Shown one piece after another: positions 1 through 10,823 of a stretch of 64,000 nt of DNA (positions within the stretch are counted from its first letter, which is position 1; each line of letters starts with the position of its first letter). The stretch lies in the NCBI GenBank assembly GCA_036677365.1, contig JAVBWN010000006.1:1-64000 (forward strand), in the 5' to 3' direction. The DNA is from Acholeplasma sp. (GTDB taxonomy: Bacteria > Bacillota_I > Bacilli_A > Acholeplasmatales > UBA5453). The notes below the pieces were generated by a model. That model was given only the letters and a program-made list of their open reading frames with translations, made no database searches and had not been told where the DNA came from. A program made the position numbers and the translations under genes.

Positions 1-221
1 AAAACAGTTTGTATTTCATGGATGCTTTACGAAAACACGGTGTAGCTGTGGATTGTCACTTATATCATTCAGGTATTCATGGGTTATCGCTTGGGACCAA
101 AGCGGTTGTTACAGAGGCATATGCCGCTGACCCACTGGCTTATGAAGCAGTACATAAACACAATCAAACGTGGTTCGATGTAGCCATTTCATTCCTAAAA
201 TTTCGATTAAAAAAAGCGTAG
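1..221 (+). CDS. Alpha/beta hydrolase (esterase/lipase-like), C-terminal part; gene begins before the window
   Basis: The frame is open from the window edge (NSLYFMDAL...). HLYHSGIHGLSL resembles the catalytic-His region of BD-FAE/xylan-esterase-like hydrolases. Confidence 0.65.
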   Translation, partial: NSLYFMDALRKHGVAVDCHLYHSGIHGLSLGTKAVVTEAYAADPLAYEAVHKHNQTWFDVAISFLKFRLKKA

Positions 222-243
222 CTTGCGGGCTACGCTTTGTTTT
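213..243. terminator. Bidirectional intrinsic terminator
   Basis: AAAGCGTAGC-TTGCGG-GCTACGCTTT with A/T runs, between convergent genes. Confidence 0.8.
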
Positions 244-1235
244 TAGACAGAAGGTTGGTCTCTTAAGATGATATAAGATAAATAGCCAAGGTATGTCATT
301 ACTAAGAAGAATCCTTCTAAACGACTGATTTTTCGATTGGATAATGAGAATAAGAATACCACAGCGGTTAAACCGATTAAGAAATAGATGTCGATGATGG
401 CCGATTGGTTGAGTGCGATTGGATTGATGAATGCACTCGCACCTAAGATGAAAGCAATATTAAAAATGTTGGATCCGATGATGTTACCCATCGAAATTTC
501 GGATTCTTTTTTGGCTGCTGCCACCACCGAAGTAACCAATTCTGGTAAGGATGTGCCCACAGATACGATGGTTAAACCCACCAACCATTCAGACATGCCA
601 AGTTCTAAAGCGATGGTTCTTGCACCATTGGTGACCATAATCCCACCACCAACAATGCCAGCCATACCGATTAAAGTAATGGGAATGGCCATTTTAATGG
701 AGTATTTCGCAATTTTTTCGACTTCGACTGCAGGTGTAACCACTTGTGTATTGATGGCGTTCATCGCTTTCGCATCTCTGAAAATGAAGAACATGAATGC
801 GGCGAGGATAAATAACAACACAGCCGCTTCAAAACGTAAAATGAAGAATGGGGATGACCCTGCGAAGAAGTAATACATCGGAACCAATAATACGACTGCG
901 ATGAGTGCGAAAGGAAAATCTCTACGAATTAAATCATCATGCACTGCTTGAGGTAGAACCAAAGAAGCTAACCCCAAAATCAAAGCGAGATTGAAAATAT
1001 TTGACCCGATGATGTTTCCGAATGAAACGTCATCTGCACCAGAAAGGGCTGAAGTGATACTCACGGCCGCTTCAGGCAACGAGGTCCCAAAAGCAACCAC
1101 AGTTAAACCGATGATGAGTGAGGAAATTTTAAAGAATTTAGCGATGGAGGAAGCCCCATCGACGAAGAAATCTGCGCCTTTTACGAGGATGACAAAGCCA
1201 ACCAGTAAAATCACAAACGCCCAAAATAATGTCAT
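243..1235 (-). CDS. Calcium/sodium antiporter (CaCA, YrbG-like)
   Basis: Two internal repeats of GTSLPE...GNIIGSNIFN; about 10 hydrophobic segments. Confidence 0.92.
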   Translation of the reverse strand: MTLFWAFVILLVGFVILVKGADFFVDGASSIAKFFKISSLIIGLTVVAFGTSLPEAAVSITSALSGADDVSFGNIIGSNIFNLALILGLASLVLPQAVHDDLIRRDFPFALIAVVLLVPMYYFFAGSSPFFILRFEAAVLLFILAAFMFFIFRDAKAMNAINTQVVTPAVEVEKIAKYSIKMAIPITLIGMAGIVGGGIMVTNGARTIALELGMSEWLVGLTIVSVGTSLPELVTSVVAAAKKESEISMGNIIGSNIFNIAFILGASAFINPIALNQSAIIDIYFLIGLTAVVFLFSLSNRKISRLEGFFLVMTYLGYLSYIILRDQPSV

Positions 1236-1343
1236 AAGTGTGTACTCCTTTTTCTTACTTTAACCATTATACAACACATTTTGACTTTTGGGCCTTCAAA
1301 AAGAAAAAAAGATTACCCAAAAATGGGATAATCTTTGTAAGAT

Positions 1344-2588
1344 TTACTTTTTCGTAACGAATACTTTTTTAAGTTTAGCGAATCTTGGTAGACCATCGAC
1401 AAGTGGTGCTTTGTCATCGCCTTGAATGAGTGGTAATGCATAATCTACGAAATCTTGAGTCAAACCTTGACCATTAGGTAAAATCCATTCAGCAGGGACT
1501 TTCTTTTCGGTATTTGCTGCTTTTGCAAGTGGGACTAGTTTGTATTTAATCTTGTAAGGGTTTGAAGAAACTCTTTCGAAACCAACCATCTTATCGGTCG
1601 TACCTTTAACAGCGGCTCTAACAGCCTTAACACCAGCCATATAAGCTTCTCTGACGTCTACTTTAGAAGCCAAGTGTGCAGCACTTCTTTGAAGTAATGA
1701 GAATTCGATTGAACGGACTTTAACATTGAGTTTTTCTTTGATTTGTTCGGCTAAAATGGCAGCTGTACCACCCAATTGTGCATGTCCAAACGAGTCTGTG
1801 GATAAGTTTGAGTAATGTTCCGGTACATATTTTCCATCTTTGTCTTTAATGCCTTCTGAAACAACGATGATGGCTTTGGTCTTACGTTTAACGACTTCTT
1901 CCACATCTTTAAAGAATTGATCGTAATCAAAGACAACTTCTGGTAGATAAATCAAATCTGGGCCTTGACCTTTAGAAACAGCGAGTTGTGCAGCGGCGGT
2001 TAACCAACCTGCATTTCTACCCATGACTTCAACCACGGTTACCATTGGTGTATTGTACACGGTAGCGTCATGATAGAGTTCCATCAAAGTGGTAGCGACA
2101 TACTTCGCAGCAGAACCATACCCAGGGCAGTGGTCTGTTCCATATAAGTCGTTATCGATGGTTTTAGGTACACCTACGACGTTGCAATCCCAACCCGACT
2201 TCTTGAAATACTTGGAAATTTTATTACATGTATCCATGGAATCATTTCCACCATTGTAGAAGAAGTAACGGATGTTGTACTTTTTGAAGACTTCTAGCAA
2301 TCTTTCATAATCACTTGGGTCTTTCTTCAGTGGTTTTAATTTGTAACGAACTGACCCAATCGATGAAGATGGGGTATTTTTGAGTAACTCAAGTTCGTAT
2401 AAATCTTCTTTGGAGATGTCGTAGAAATTTTCATCTAGAATCCCTTTAATACCGTGTGCAGCGCCGTACACTGCAGTGATGTTTTCTTGTTTTAATGCTT
2501 CGATGAATACACCGGCAGCACTCGCGTTAATGACGCTCGTAGGTCCACCGGATTGGCCAAGAATGGCCGCGCCTTTTAAGTTTTTCAT
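1344..2588 (-). CDS. 6-phosphofructokinase, PPi-dependent type
   Basis: GQSGGP, GGNDS (Asp at the phosphoryl-donor position), PKTIDND, EVMGRNAGWL. Confidence 0.85.
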   Translation of the reverse strand: MKNLKGAAILGQSGGPTSVINASAAGVFIEALKQENITAVYGAAHGIKGILDENFYDISKEDLYELELLKNTPSSSIGSVRYKLKPLKKDPSDYERLLEVFKKYNIRYFFYNGGNDSMDTCNKISKYFKKSGWDCNVVGVPKTIDNDLYGTDHCPGYGSAAKYVATTLMELYHDATVYNTPMVTVVEVMGRNAGWLTAAAQLAVSKGQGPDLIYLPEVVFDYDQFFKDVEEVVKRKTKAIIVVSEGIKDKDGKYVPEHYSNLSTDSFGHAQLGGTAAILAEQIKEKLNVKVRSIEFSLLQRSAAHLASKVDVREAYMAGVKAVRAAVKGTTDKMVGFERVSSNPYKIKYKLVPLAKAANTEKKVPAEWILPNGQGLTQDFVDYALPLIQGDDKAPLVDGLPRFAKLKKVFVTKK

Positions 2589-2743
2589 ATATTTTGGTTC
2601 CTTTCGTTCAACTTTTCGATACTATTCTATCATATATGTTTCAAAAAAACTTGAAGAAAGCGATTTCGATGTTACTTTTGTAAAAAACACATAAATTGGG
2701 GTAAAATTAGTGATATAATAATGACGGTTTGAGGTGATGAAAC

Positions 2744-3697
2744 ATGAAAATTGCAGTACTCACATCGGGTGGCGACGCCCCAGGAATGAATCCCGCCATT
2801 CGTGCGGTCGTCCGTGCAGCCATCAACAGTGGACATGAAATTTATGGTGTCATGGATGGTTATGCTGGATTGGTCAGTGGTTCATTTGAAAAAATGAGTC
2901 GAAAGAGCGTTTCAGAAATACTTGCTAAAGGGGGTACGATTTTAGGTACCGCTCGGTTAAAAGAATTTAATAAACTCGAAGTGCGCGAAAGAGCCATTCA
3001 CAATATGAAAGAAGCCGGTATTGACGCTTTGGTTGCGATTGGTGGCGATGGGACATATCGGGGGGCGAAAGCACTCACTGAAATGGGGTTTCCAGTCATT
3101 GGTTTGCCTGGTACCATCGATAATGATTTGTCCTGCACCGATTATACCATCGGTTTTCACACGGCTTTAGAAACCATCGTCGATGCCATCGACAAAATCC
3201 GTGATACCTCCTCTTCACACCAACGTTGTTCTATCGTTGAGGTGATGGGTCGTTATTGTGGGGATTTGGCGGTATCGGCAGGGCTCAGTTGTGGTGCGGA
3301 ATTCATCATCACACCAGAACACCCAATGAATAAAGATGAAATCATCGAACGACTCAAAGTTCACAAGAGTGAGGGTCGTCGTAACGCCATCATCGTCATT
3401 ACAGAAAATGTATGTAATGTACATGAATTTGCAGAAGAAATTACAGAAAAAAGCGGATTTGCATGCCGCGCCACCGTTTTGGGCTATGTCCAAAGAGGCG
3501 GTTCGCCATGCGCAGAAGATAGAATACTCGCCGGTCGCATGGGTGCATACGCGATAGATTTATTATCGCAAGGCATCTCAGGTGTTGCTGTTGGGATTCA
3601 AAACTCGAAAATGGTGCATTACACATTTGATGAAGTCCTATCGACACCAAATGAATCGATGCAAGACATTTACGAACTCGCTTCGAAGATCCGTTAA
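2744..3697 (+). CDS. pfkA: ATP-dependent 6-phosphofructokinase
   Basis: TSGGDAPGMN, GGDGT, PGTIDND, EVMGRYCG; RBS GAGGTG; extended -10 TGaTATAAT at about 2711-2719. Confidence 0.95.
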   Translation: MKIAVLTSGGDAPGMNPAIRAVVRAAINSGHEIYGVMDGYAGLVSGSFEKMSRKSVSEILAKGGTILGTARLKEFNKLEVRERAIHNMKEAGIDALVAIGGDGTYRGAKALTEMGFPVIGLPGTIDNDLSCTDYTIGFHTALETIVDAIDKIRDTSSSHQRCSIVEVMGRYCGDLAVSAGLSCGAEFIITPEHPMNKDEIIERLKVHKSEGRRNAIIVITENVCNVHEFAEEITEKSGFACRATVLGYVQRGGSPCAEDRILAGRMGAYAIDLLSQGISGVAVGIQNSKMVHYTFDEVLSTPNESMQDIYELASKIR

Positions 3698-3714
3698 TCC
3701 TCTAGAGGTGATTT

Positions 3715-3798
3715 ATGACTATACATCGAACCTGGAAACAAATGGTCCATAGCATAGCACATATCGATACTAGACACTCAAAAAAGGTGCTTTTTTAG
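3715..3798 (+). CDS. Putative 27-aa small ORF / leader peptide (MTIHRTWKQMVHSIAHIDTRHSKKVLF)
   Basis: Strong RBS GAGGTG just upstream of ATG 3715. The TAG stop sits between the arms of the terminator-like hairpin. Below the ORF track cutoff. Confidence 0.4.
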   Translation: MTIHRTWKQMVHSIAHIDTRHSKKVLF

Positions 3799-3809
3799 CA
3801 TCTTTTTTT
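3780..3809 (+). terminator. Intrinsic terminator / possible attenuator before the Na/Pi transporter
   Basis: AAAAAAGGTGC...GCATCTTTTTTT stem followed by a T-run. Confidence 0.65.
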
Positions 3810-3838
3810 CATATTTTATTTAGGAATAAGGAGATTAT

Positions 3839-5530
3839 ATGACAGAAAACATTTTATTCATTCTAGGTGGGGTTGCGATATTTTTATATGGTATCGACTT
3901 GATGGGGGACGGTTTAAAACGTTCTGCAGGCAATAAAATCCGCACCATCATCGAAAAGACCACCAATACCCCTTTAAAAGGTATCCTGGTGGGTATATTG
4001 CTCACGGGGCTATTACAATCCTCGAGTGGTGTGACAGTGCTCATCATCGGTCTAGTTGGGGCAGGCCTCATGACTTTAAAACAAGCCGTTGGTGTTGTTT
4101 TTGGTGCCAATATCGGGACAACCATCACCTCTGTTTTAATCGGTTTGCCGATTGCAGATTACGCTTTGTTGTTCGTGTTTGTTGGCGTCATCATGATATT
4201 CTTCTTTAAACGTAAAATGGTTCAAAGCATTGGAACAACCATCCTTGGTTTCGGGTTAATTTTCTTTGGCCTTGAAGTCATGGGTTCAGGGTTAAAAGAA
4301 ATTGTCATGACGGATGCTGTGCATGATTTATTCTTGCTATTCTCAGACACTTCCAATAGTTTCTTCTGGTTCCTTGGGGTATCGTTTGGAACACTATTCA
4401 CCGCTGCTGTTCAAAGTTCATCGGCTGCCATTGGGATCATTCAGAAACTCTATCATTTAAATGTGGAAGCTGGTGTTCAGACATTTACTTTATGGGGTGC
4501 ACTACCGATGATCTTAGGGGCGAACATTGGGACAACCATCACGGGTCTTTTGGCTTCCATCAATGGTACGCTTGAAGCCAAACGTGTATCAGCCATCCAC
4601 ATCATGTTTAACTTGATCGGAACTACCATATTTCTCATTTTCTTATGGCCATATCATGAAATCGTTGAATGGGTAGAGGTTACTTTCCTTGAACCTTATT
4701 CAATGGCCACACTCGCGGTGGCTCACGTGATGATGAATGTGGTTACGACACTCATCTTATTTTGGTTTATCGATATCATGATTAAATTCACTCATGTCAT
4801 CATTAAAGATAAACCTTACAACGACGAATTAGAAGTTATTTTCTCGGAATCCCTCTTACAAGAAACCCCATCGTTGGCCTTATATTATGTTAAAAAAGGC
4901 ATCAATAAAATGGGTGAATTGGCGAAATCCTATTTCCTATTGGCGAAACGATACAGTTTTACCAATGAAGAAGGTGTGATTGAAAAAGCAGAAAAAATGG
5001 AAAATACCTTGGATGATTATGATAAACGTCTGCACGACTACATGATCAAATTGGTTCGAAATAATTCATTGTCAGAAAAAGACTCCAACCGACTTTCGAG
5101 AGACTTAGATACCATTCGAGACTTCGAACGGATTGGTGACCATTTAACCAACCTGGTTGGATTCTTTAAAAATCGATATCAAGAAAACCAATCGCTATCC
5201 AAAGGTGGCGAAGAAGACTTGAAACACTATTATAGGGTTTTAGAAGAAATGTTTGATGTTACACTGGCGTCTTTCGTCTTCAATGACATCGAAAAAGCCA
5301 AGGTAGCGATAGAATATGAAAACTTAACCGATAAGCTTGAAGAAAAGTTTAGATTGAGTTATGTTGAAAGATTAAAGGCTGGGGAATTGAACTTCACTTC
5401 CAAAACCAATTATGTTGAAATCTTATCGAATATGGAACGTATTGGCGACCATTTAAAGAACATCGCTGAAAATATCATCAACCCAATGCGTGTACCAAGG
5501 TTAGATACTGAAGATAATCCACTCGAATAA
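3839..5530 (+). CDS. Na+/phosphate cotransporter (NptA/YjbB-like) with C-terminal PhoU-like domains
   Basis: Repeated QSSS and GANIGTT motifs; two ERIGDH PhoU-like motifs. Confidence 0.92.
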   Translation: MTENILFILGGVAIFLYGIDLMGDGLKRSAGNKIRTIIEKTTNTPLKGILVGILLTGLLQSSSGVTVLIIGLVGAGLMTLKQAVGVVFGANIGTTITSVLIGLPIADYALLFVFVGVIMIFFFKRKMVQSIGTTILGFGLIFFGLEVMGSGLKEIVMTDAVHDLFLLFSDTSNSFFWFLGVSFGTLFTAAVQSSSAAIGIIQKLYHLNVEAGVQTFTLWGALPMILGANIGTTITGLLASINGTLEAKRVSAIHIMFNLIGTTIFLIFLWPYHEIVEWVEVTFLEPYSMATLAVAHVMMNVVTTLILFWFIDIMIKFTHVIIKDKPYNDELEVIFSESLLQETPSLALYYVKKGINKMGELAKSYFLLAKRYSFTNEEGVIEKAEKMENTLDDYDKRLHDYMIKLVRNNSLSEKDSNRLSRDLDTIRDFERIGDHLTNLVGFFKNRYQENQSLSKGGEEDLKHYYRVLEEMFDVTLASFVFNDIEKAKVAIEYENLTDKLEEKFRLSYVERLKAGELNFTSKTNYVEILSNMERIGDHLKNIAENIINPMRVPRLDTEDNPLE

Positions 5531-5594
5531 AGCACATTCATAGTGCTTTTTTCTTTTCTATTATGTATAATAGACTACATAAGGAGTGGATACG

Positions 5595-7559
5595 ATGTCA
5601 AAGTTTAAACTGGTTGCGCCATATAAACCGATGGGTGACCAAATTGAAGCGATTGAAAAATTGTATCAAAACTTCAATAACGGACTAAAACAACAAGTCT
5701 TACGCGGTGCGACTGGCACAGGTAAGACTTTTACTATCAGTAATTTAATCGAAAAAATGGGGAAGAAAACCCTCGTTTTGGCACACAATAAAACGCTCGC
5801 TGGACAACTATACAGCGAGCTTAAAGCTTTTTTTCCAGAAAACCGTGTGGAATACTTCATCTCTTATTATGACTATTATCAACCTGAAGCGTATGTGGTC
5901 ACATCAGACACTTACATTGAAAAAGACGCTTCCATCAATGACGAAATTGATGAAATGCGCCACAGCGCGACCGCTTCATTGCTAGAACGCGATGACGTCA
6001 TCGTGGTAGCCTCAGTATCCTGTATTTATGGGATTGGTGACCCAGACGACTACAAGAACTCAATGATCTTCTTGCGTGTAGGACAAGGCATTCGAAGAAA
6101 TGCATTGCTTGGGAAATTGGTTGAATTGACCTATCAACGCAATGACATCGACTTTCACCGTGGCACATTTAGGGTGCGTGGTGATATCGTTGAAATCATC
6201 CCATCGAACCAGCGTGAACATGGGGTTCGTATTGAATTCTTTGGTGATGAAATCGATCGAATCAAACGTTTTGATGTGTTGACAGGTAACGCGATTGAAT
6301 CTTTGGATTACGTGACCATTTGGCCAGCCACACACTTCATGACCAACAAAGAAAAATTAAAAGAATCGATCCGTAGAATTAAAAATGAACTACAAGAACG
6401 CATCTTATATTTTAAAGAAGCAGACAAACCACTAGAAGCCGAACGCATCCAAATGCGTACCAAATATGATATTGAAATGCTTGAAGAAATGGGCGTTTGT
6501 CCAGGGGTAGAAAACTACTCAAGACACTTAGCCCTCAAAGAAGCTGGGGAAACCCCATCCACATTGATCGATTTCTTCAACAAAGATTTCATGCTCATCA
6601 TCGATGAATCACATGTCACGGTCTCACAGGTCCGCGGGATGTATAATGGCGATAGATCGAGAAAAATGACCTTGGTCGATTACGGGTTTAGATTGCCATC
6701 AGCCTTAGACAATAGACCGCTTAAGTTTGATGAGTTTGAATCTAAGTTAGACAATGTCATTTATCTTTCCGCCACCCCAGGGGATTATGAACTCGGAAGA
6801 AATTTACCCATCATCGAACAAATCATACGTCCTACCTACTTGGTAGACCCTGAAATTGAAGTACGAAAATCCTTCGGTCAAATCGATGACTTATACGCCG
6901 AAATCATCCAGCGTGTCGCGAAAAACGAACGTGTACTGGTGACAACACTAACCATTAAAATGAGCGAAGACTTAACGGCGTACTTTAAAAAACTAGGCAT
7001 GAAAGTAGCCTATTTACACAGTGAGATTAAATCCCTTGAACGTATCGTAATTTTGAGAGACTTACGTATCGGGAAATACGATGTACTGATTGGTATTAAC
7101 TTATTAAGAGAAGGCTTAGACCTCCCTGAAGTATCTTTGGTTGCGATATTAGATGCCGATAAACAAGGCTTTTTACGCAGTGAAAGAAGCTTAATCCAAA
7201 CGATTGGTCGTGCGGCACGTAATGTCCATGGTAAAGTCATCATGTATGCCGATGTCATCAGTGAATCGATGGAAAAAGCAATTCAAGAAACCAACCGTAG
7301 AAGAAACATCCAACTCACCTTCAACGAGAAGTTTGGAACGACACCAGTATCGATTAAAAAGGACATTCGTGATGATATTTCTATGAAAGAAGACATCGAT
7401 GAATTGCCAATGAAGAAAAAATACACCGCGAAAGATTTGGATAAAGCGATTGCGAGAATTGAACGCGATATGAAACAAGCGGCTAAAGAATTGAACTTTG
7501 AGCTCGCCACAGAACTTAGAGACCAGCTTTTTGAATTGAAAGCAGAAAGAGGACATTAA
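5595..7559 (+). CDS. uvrB: Excinuclease ABC subunit B
   Basis: [33 protein letters not shown]-terminal UVR coil. ATG 5595 follows AAGGAG. Confidence 0.97.
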   Translation: MSKFKLVAPYKPMGDQIEAIEKLYQNFNNGLKQQVLRGATGTGKTFTISNLIEKMGKKTLVLAHNKTLAGQLYSELKAFFPENRVEYFISYYDYYQPEAYVVTSDTYIEKDASINDEIDEMRHSATASLLERDDVIVVASVSCIYGIGDPDDYKNSMIFLRVGQGIRRNALLGKLVELTYQRNDIDFHRGTFRVRGDIVEIIPSNQREHGVRIEFFGDEIDRIKRFDVLTGNAIESLDYVTIWPATHFMTNKEKLKESIRRIKNELQERILYFKEADKPLEAERIQMRTKYDIEMLEEMGVCPGVENYSRHLALKEAGETPSTLIDFFNKDFMLIIDESHVTVSQVRGMYNGDRSRKMTLVDYGFRLPSALDNRPLKFDEFESKLDNVIYLSATPGDYELGRNLPIIEQIIRPTYLVDPEIEVRKSFGQIDDLYAEIIQRVAKNERVLVTTLTIKMSEDLTAYFKKLGMKVAYLHSEIKSLERIVILRDLRIGKYDVLIGINLLREGLDLPEVSLVAILDADKQGFLRSERSLIQTIGRAARNVHGKVIMYADVISESMEKAIQETNRRRNIQLTFNEKFGTTPVSIKKDIRDDISMKEDIDELPMKKKYTAKDLDKAIARIERDMKQAAKELNFELATELRDQLFELKAERGH

Positions 7560-7560
7560 A

Positions 7561-9312
7561 ATGAATTGGAACTTAGATGATTTATACAAAGGTTTTGATG
7601 ATACATATGAAGCCGATTTAAAGCGCTTAGAAGTATTATTACAAGACTATAAAACATGGGTTAAAAACGAACAAGGACGATCCGATTTAGATTTACTTGA
7701 AGGGTATTTAAAATCTCAAGAAAACCTAGAAAGATTAGCAACCAGTTTATATGCTTTCGCAAGTCTAACCACATCAACAGACGTCACCAATCAAGTAGCG
7801 CTTGGTTACATGTCTAAACTTCAACAATTATTATCCAGTGTTACCAAAGAAAACGTCCAAATGAGCCGTTTTATCGCTGGATTAGATTTAGATCGTTTGG
7901 AAAAACAAAGCACATTGGTTAAAACCTATCGATATGGTTTAAATCTAACACAAGCGGGCGCGAAACACTTGTTATCGGAATCAGAAGAAGTCATTTACGC
8001 GAAAATGCGTCAACTCGCATCGAATCAATGGAGTCAACTCCAAGGGTTGTTAACCGCGAATTTAAACGTGGATTATGATGGTAAACAAATCACATTAAGT
8101 GAAGTAAGAAACCTTGCTTATGACCATAATAAAGATGTCCGTAAAAAAGCATACGAAGCAGAACTCAAATCTTATGAACCGATCGCGGATGCAGTTGCGA
8201 TGGCATTATCAAACATCAAACGTGAAGTGACTGAACTGAATGCGATGAGGGGCTATGAAAGTGCGCTAGAAAAAACACTTGAAATCTCCCACATGACCAA
8301 AGAAACGTTGGATGCGATGATTGAAGCGATGAAAGACTTTAGACCACATTTTGCGAAATACTTGAAAGCGAAAGCGGCTTATTTAGGTCATGAAAAAGGC
8401 TTGCCGTTCTATGATTTATTCGCACCGATTGGCAAACTAGAAAAGACTTATACCTTCGAAGAAGCTCAAAAAATCGTCCTTGATAGTTTCTATGGTTTTT
8501 CACCAAGACTGGGGAATTTCGCGAAGAAAGCGTTCGATAACCATTGGATTGATGCGTTCCCTAGAAAAGGCAAACGTGGCGGTGCTTTCTGTTCAAACCA
8601 ACCACAAATCCGTCAAAGCCGTTTCCTTTTAAATTTCACAGGGTCATTATCCGATGTGTCTACTTTGGCACATGAACTCGGCCATGGCTACCATGGCGAT
8701 GTGATCCAAGATGAAGAACCGCTTAATTGGGATTACCCAATGCCTCTCGCAGAAACAGCCTCGATTTTCTGCGAAACCATCGTTATGAACAAACTCTTCA
8801 ATGAACTTGAAAAAGACGAAGAAAAATTATCCGTTTTAGAAATCTCCCTACAAGGGGATACTCAAGTCATCATCGACATCCTTTCAAGATATATGTTTGA
8901 AACGAAGTTATTTGAAAATGCCAAAGGTCCAATTTCTAAAGACCAAATGAAGTCTTGGATGTTGGAAGCCCAAAAGGCAGCGTATACTGACGGTTTAGAC
9001 CACGATTTACTCCACCCATACATGTGGTTGAATAAAGGTCATTACTATTCCGCCGGGTTAAACTTCTATAATTTTCCATATGCCTTCGGCTTATTGTTTG
9101 GTAAGGGCTTATACAGTTTATATCAACAAGACCCACAATCGTTCTTAAAAAACTACGACCGTCTCTTGGGTTTAACTGGAAAAGCCAGTGTTGAAGACGT
9201 GGCAGCATCCATGGGCATCGATGTCACTAAAAAAGATTTTTGGGTAACTTCTTTAAATGAAGTGAACAAAGACATCGAACTTGTGATCGATTTAATGAAA
9301 AAAACCGTTTAG
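7561..9312 (+). CDS. pepF: M3 family oligoendopeptidase (PepF-like)
   Basis: HELGH zinc motif, LAETAS, GKRGGAFC, FYNFPYAFG. Confidence 0.9.
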   Translation: MNWNLDDLYKGFDDTYEADLKRLEVLLQDYKTWVKNEQGRSDLDLLEGYLKSQENLERLATSLYAFASLTTSTDVTNQVALGYMSKLQQLLSSVTKENVQMSRFIAGLDLDRLEKQSTLVKTYRYGLNLTQAGAKHLLSESEEVIYAKMRQLASNQWSQLQGLLTANLNVDYDGKQITLSEVRNLAYDHNKDVRKKAYEAELKSYEPIADAVAMALSNIKREVTELNAMRGYESALEKTLEISHMTKETLDAMIEAMKDFRPHFAKYLKAKAAYLGHEKGLPFYDLFAPIGKLEKTYTFEEAQKIVLDSFYGFSPRLGNFAKKAFDNHWIDAFPRKGKRGGAFCSNQPQIRQSRFLLNFTGSLSDVSTLAHELGHGYHGDVIQDEEPLNWDYPMPLAETASIFCETIVMNKLFNELEKDEEKLSVLEISLQGDTQVIIDILSRYMFETKLFENAKGPISKDQMKSWMLEAQKAAYTDGLDHDLLHPYMWLNKGHYYSAGLNFYNFPYAFGLLFGKGLYSLYQQDPQSFLKNYDRLLGLTGKASVEDVAASMGIDVTKKDFWVTSLNEVNKDIELVIDLMKKTV

Positions 9313-9411
9313 GCACACCCTTATTTGTCATAATAGACGATGCATATGCTATAATGAAATTGGAATTTTTAAGACATTAAGATTTTTTTAACATTTTAAA
9401 GGAGATTTTTT

Positions 9412-10116
9412 ATGGAAAATCAAGAAGAAAAAGGACTTAGTATCATTGAGTTATTTAACCTGCTACTAAAAAATTGGCTACTAATTGGCATCTCAACCGT
9501 GTTGATTGCAGCTGTTGCTGGGGTATATGCATTTGTTGTAGCCACCCCAATGTATGAATCCAAATCAGACATCATCGTTCAAGTAGAGTCTTCATCCGAA
9601 CTTGGCTATGACTATACCACAGCATTACGTTTGGTGCCGTCCATCGCTGAATTCATGAAAAAAGACATCGTATTGGATGATGTCATTGAAACCCTCAACC
9701 TTGAAACTCAAATGTCAACCGCTCAACTTCGTTCAGGGTTGACTGTAACTTCCTCAAATACAACATTCTTCGTCTATGTGAGCTATGTCTCAGATGACCC
9801 AGAATTGTCCCAAGAAATCGCGAATCAAATCGTGGCTTCTGCACGTAAGATTGCGAATGAAAACGAAACATTCTCATCATTCAAAGATAAGATCAGTGAC
9901 CCTACCACTGTGGCTAAATTAGGTGTACAAACCTCACCAAACAAACCATTGTTGTTGATCATTGGGGTATTGTTGGGTGGTATTTTGGGTGTGGGGATCG
10001 TCTTAGTGATGGAACTCACCAACAATACATACCGTACCAAAGAAGAGTTAGAAGCTGACTTCAACTTACAAGTGTTAGGTGTCATCCCAAGCTTCGAAGT
10101 GAAGGAGGAATTCTAA
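9412..10116 (+). CDS. cpsC: Wzz/CpsC-type tyrosine-kinase activator / chain-length regulator
   Basis: Two TM segments, PxY motif, SPNK motif, C-terminal LQVLGVIP. Confidence 0.85.
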   Translation: MENQEEKGLSIIELFNLLLKNWLLIGISTVLIAAVAGVYAFVVATPMYESKSDIIVQVESSSELGYDYTTALRLVPSIAEFMKKDIVLDDVIETLNLETQMSTAQLRSGLTVTSSNTTFFVYVSYVSDDPELSQEIANQIVASARKIANENETFSSFKDKISDPTTVAKLGVQTSPNKPLLLIIGVLLGGILGVGIVLVMELTNNTYRTKEELEADFNLQVLGVIPSFEVKEEF

Positions 10117-10118
10117 TC

Positions 10119-10823
10119 ATGAAATTATTCTCTAAAAAGATTGAAAGCAACTATGGTTATTTGGTTGCTAAAGAAGCACCGAACTCATTTGTTACTGAAC
10201 AACTCCAAAAGATGATTGTCAACCTTGAATATGCGAACGTTGATGGTCAATATAAAGTCGTACAATTCACCTCATCGATGCAAAGTGAAGGTAAAACGAC
10301 CCTCATCTCTAACGTTGCTTATTTATTGGCTTCCAGAGGTAAAAAAGTATTGGTTGTCGACCTAGACTTAAGAAGACCTAAAGTTAACCGAATTTACTCA
10401 GTCATCAATAAAGAAGGATTAACCGATTATCTGCTTGGCAAAATCGATAAGAAAACACTGATTCGCAAGTCTGATGACAACATCGATTACATCATCAGTG
10501 GTGAAAAAACAACTTCGATTGTTCAAATTTTGGAATCACAAAAACTCAAAGATTTGTTTGAAGGTCTTAAGCAAGAATACGATTATATCTTATTAGATAC
10601 CCCACCAGTCATCGTTGTATCTGATGCACTGCTCATCAACCGCATTGCCGATGGGGTCATCTTCATTGTTGCGCATGGACATGGTAAAAAGAGTATGGTC
10701 AAAGAAGCCATTACCAGTTTGACCAGAAACAATATTCCAATCATCGGTCTATGCATGACACAAGATAAGGTAACCAAGGGTAAAAAGTATGGTTACACCT
10801 ATAAATACTACAGCAATGATTGA
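10119..10823 (+). CDS. cpsD: CpsD/CapB family bacterial tyrosine (BY) kinase
   Basis: SEGKTT Walker A, VVDLDLRRP, LLDTPP, C-terminal Tyr cluster YGYTYKYY. Confidence 0.92.
   Translation: MKLFSKKIESNYGYLVAKEAPNSFVTEQLQKMIVNLEYANVDGQYKVVQFTSSMQSEGKTTLISNVAYLLASRGKKVLVVDLDLRRPKVNRIYSVINKEGLTDYLLGKIDKKTLIRKSDDNIDYIISGEKTTSIVQILESQKLKDLFEGLKQEYDYILLDTPPVIVVSDALLINRIADGVIFIVAHGHGKKSMVKEAITSLTRNNIPIIGLCMTQDKVTKGKKYGYTYKYYSND

Noticed and set aside
388..1263. Antisense and alternate-frame ORFs in the track (e.g. 388-873, 991-1263, 38936-39325, 43176-43634, 60640-61101)
   Set aside because: They shadow well-supported genes, show no recognisable motifs, and are expected from codon bias.
5531..5594. 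LexA/SOS box before uvrB
   Set aside because: No GAAC-N4-GTTC motif.
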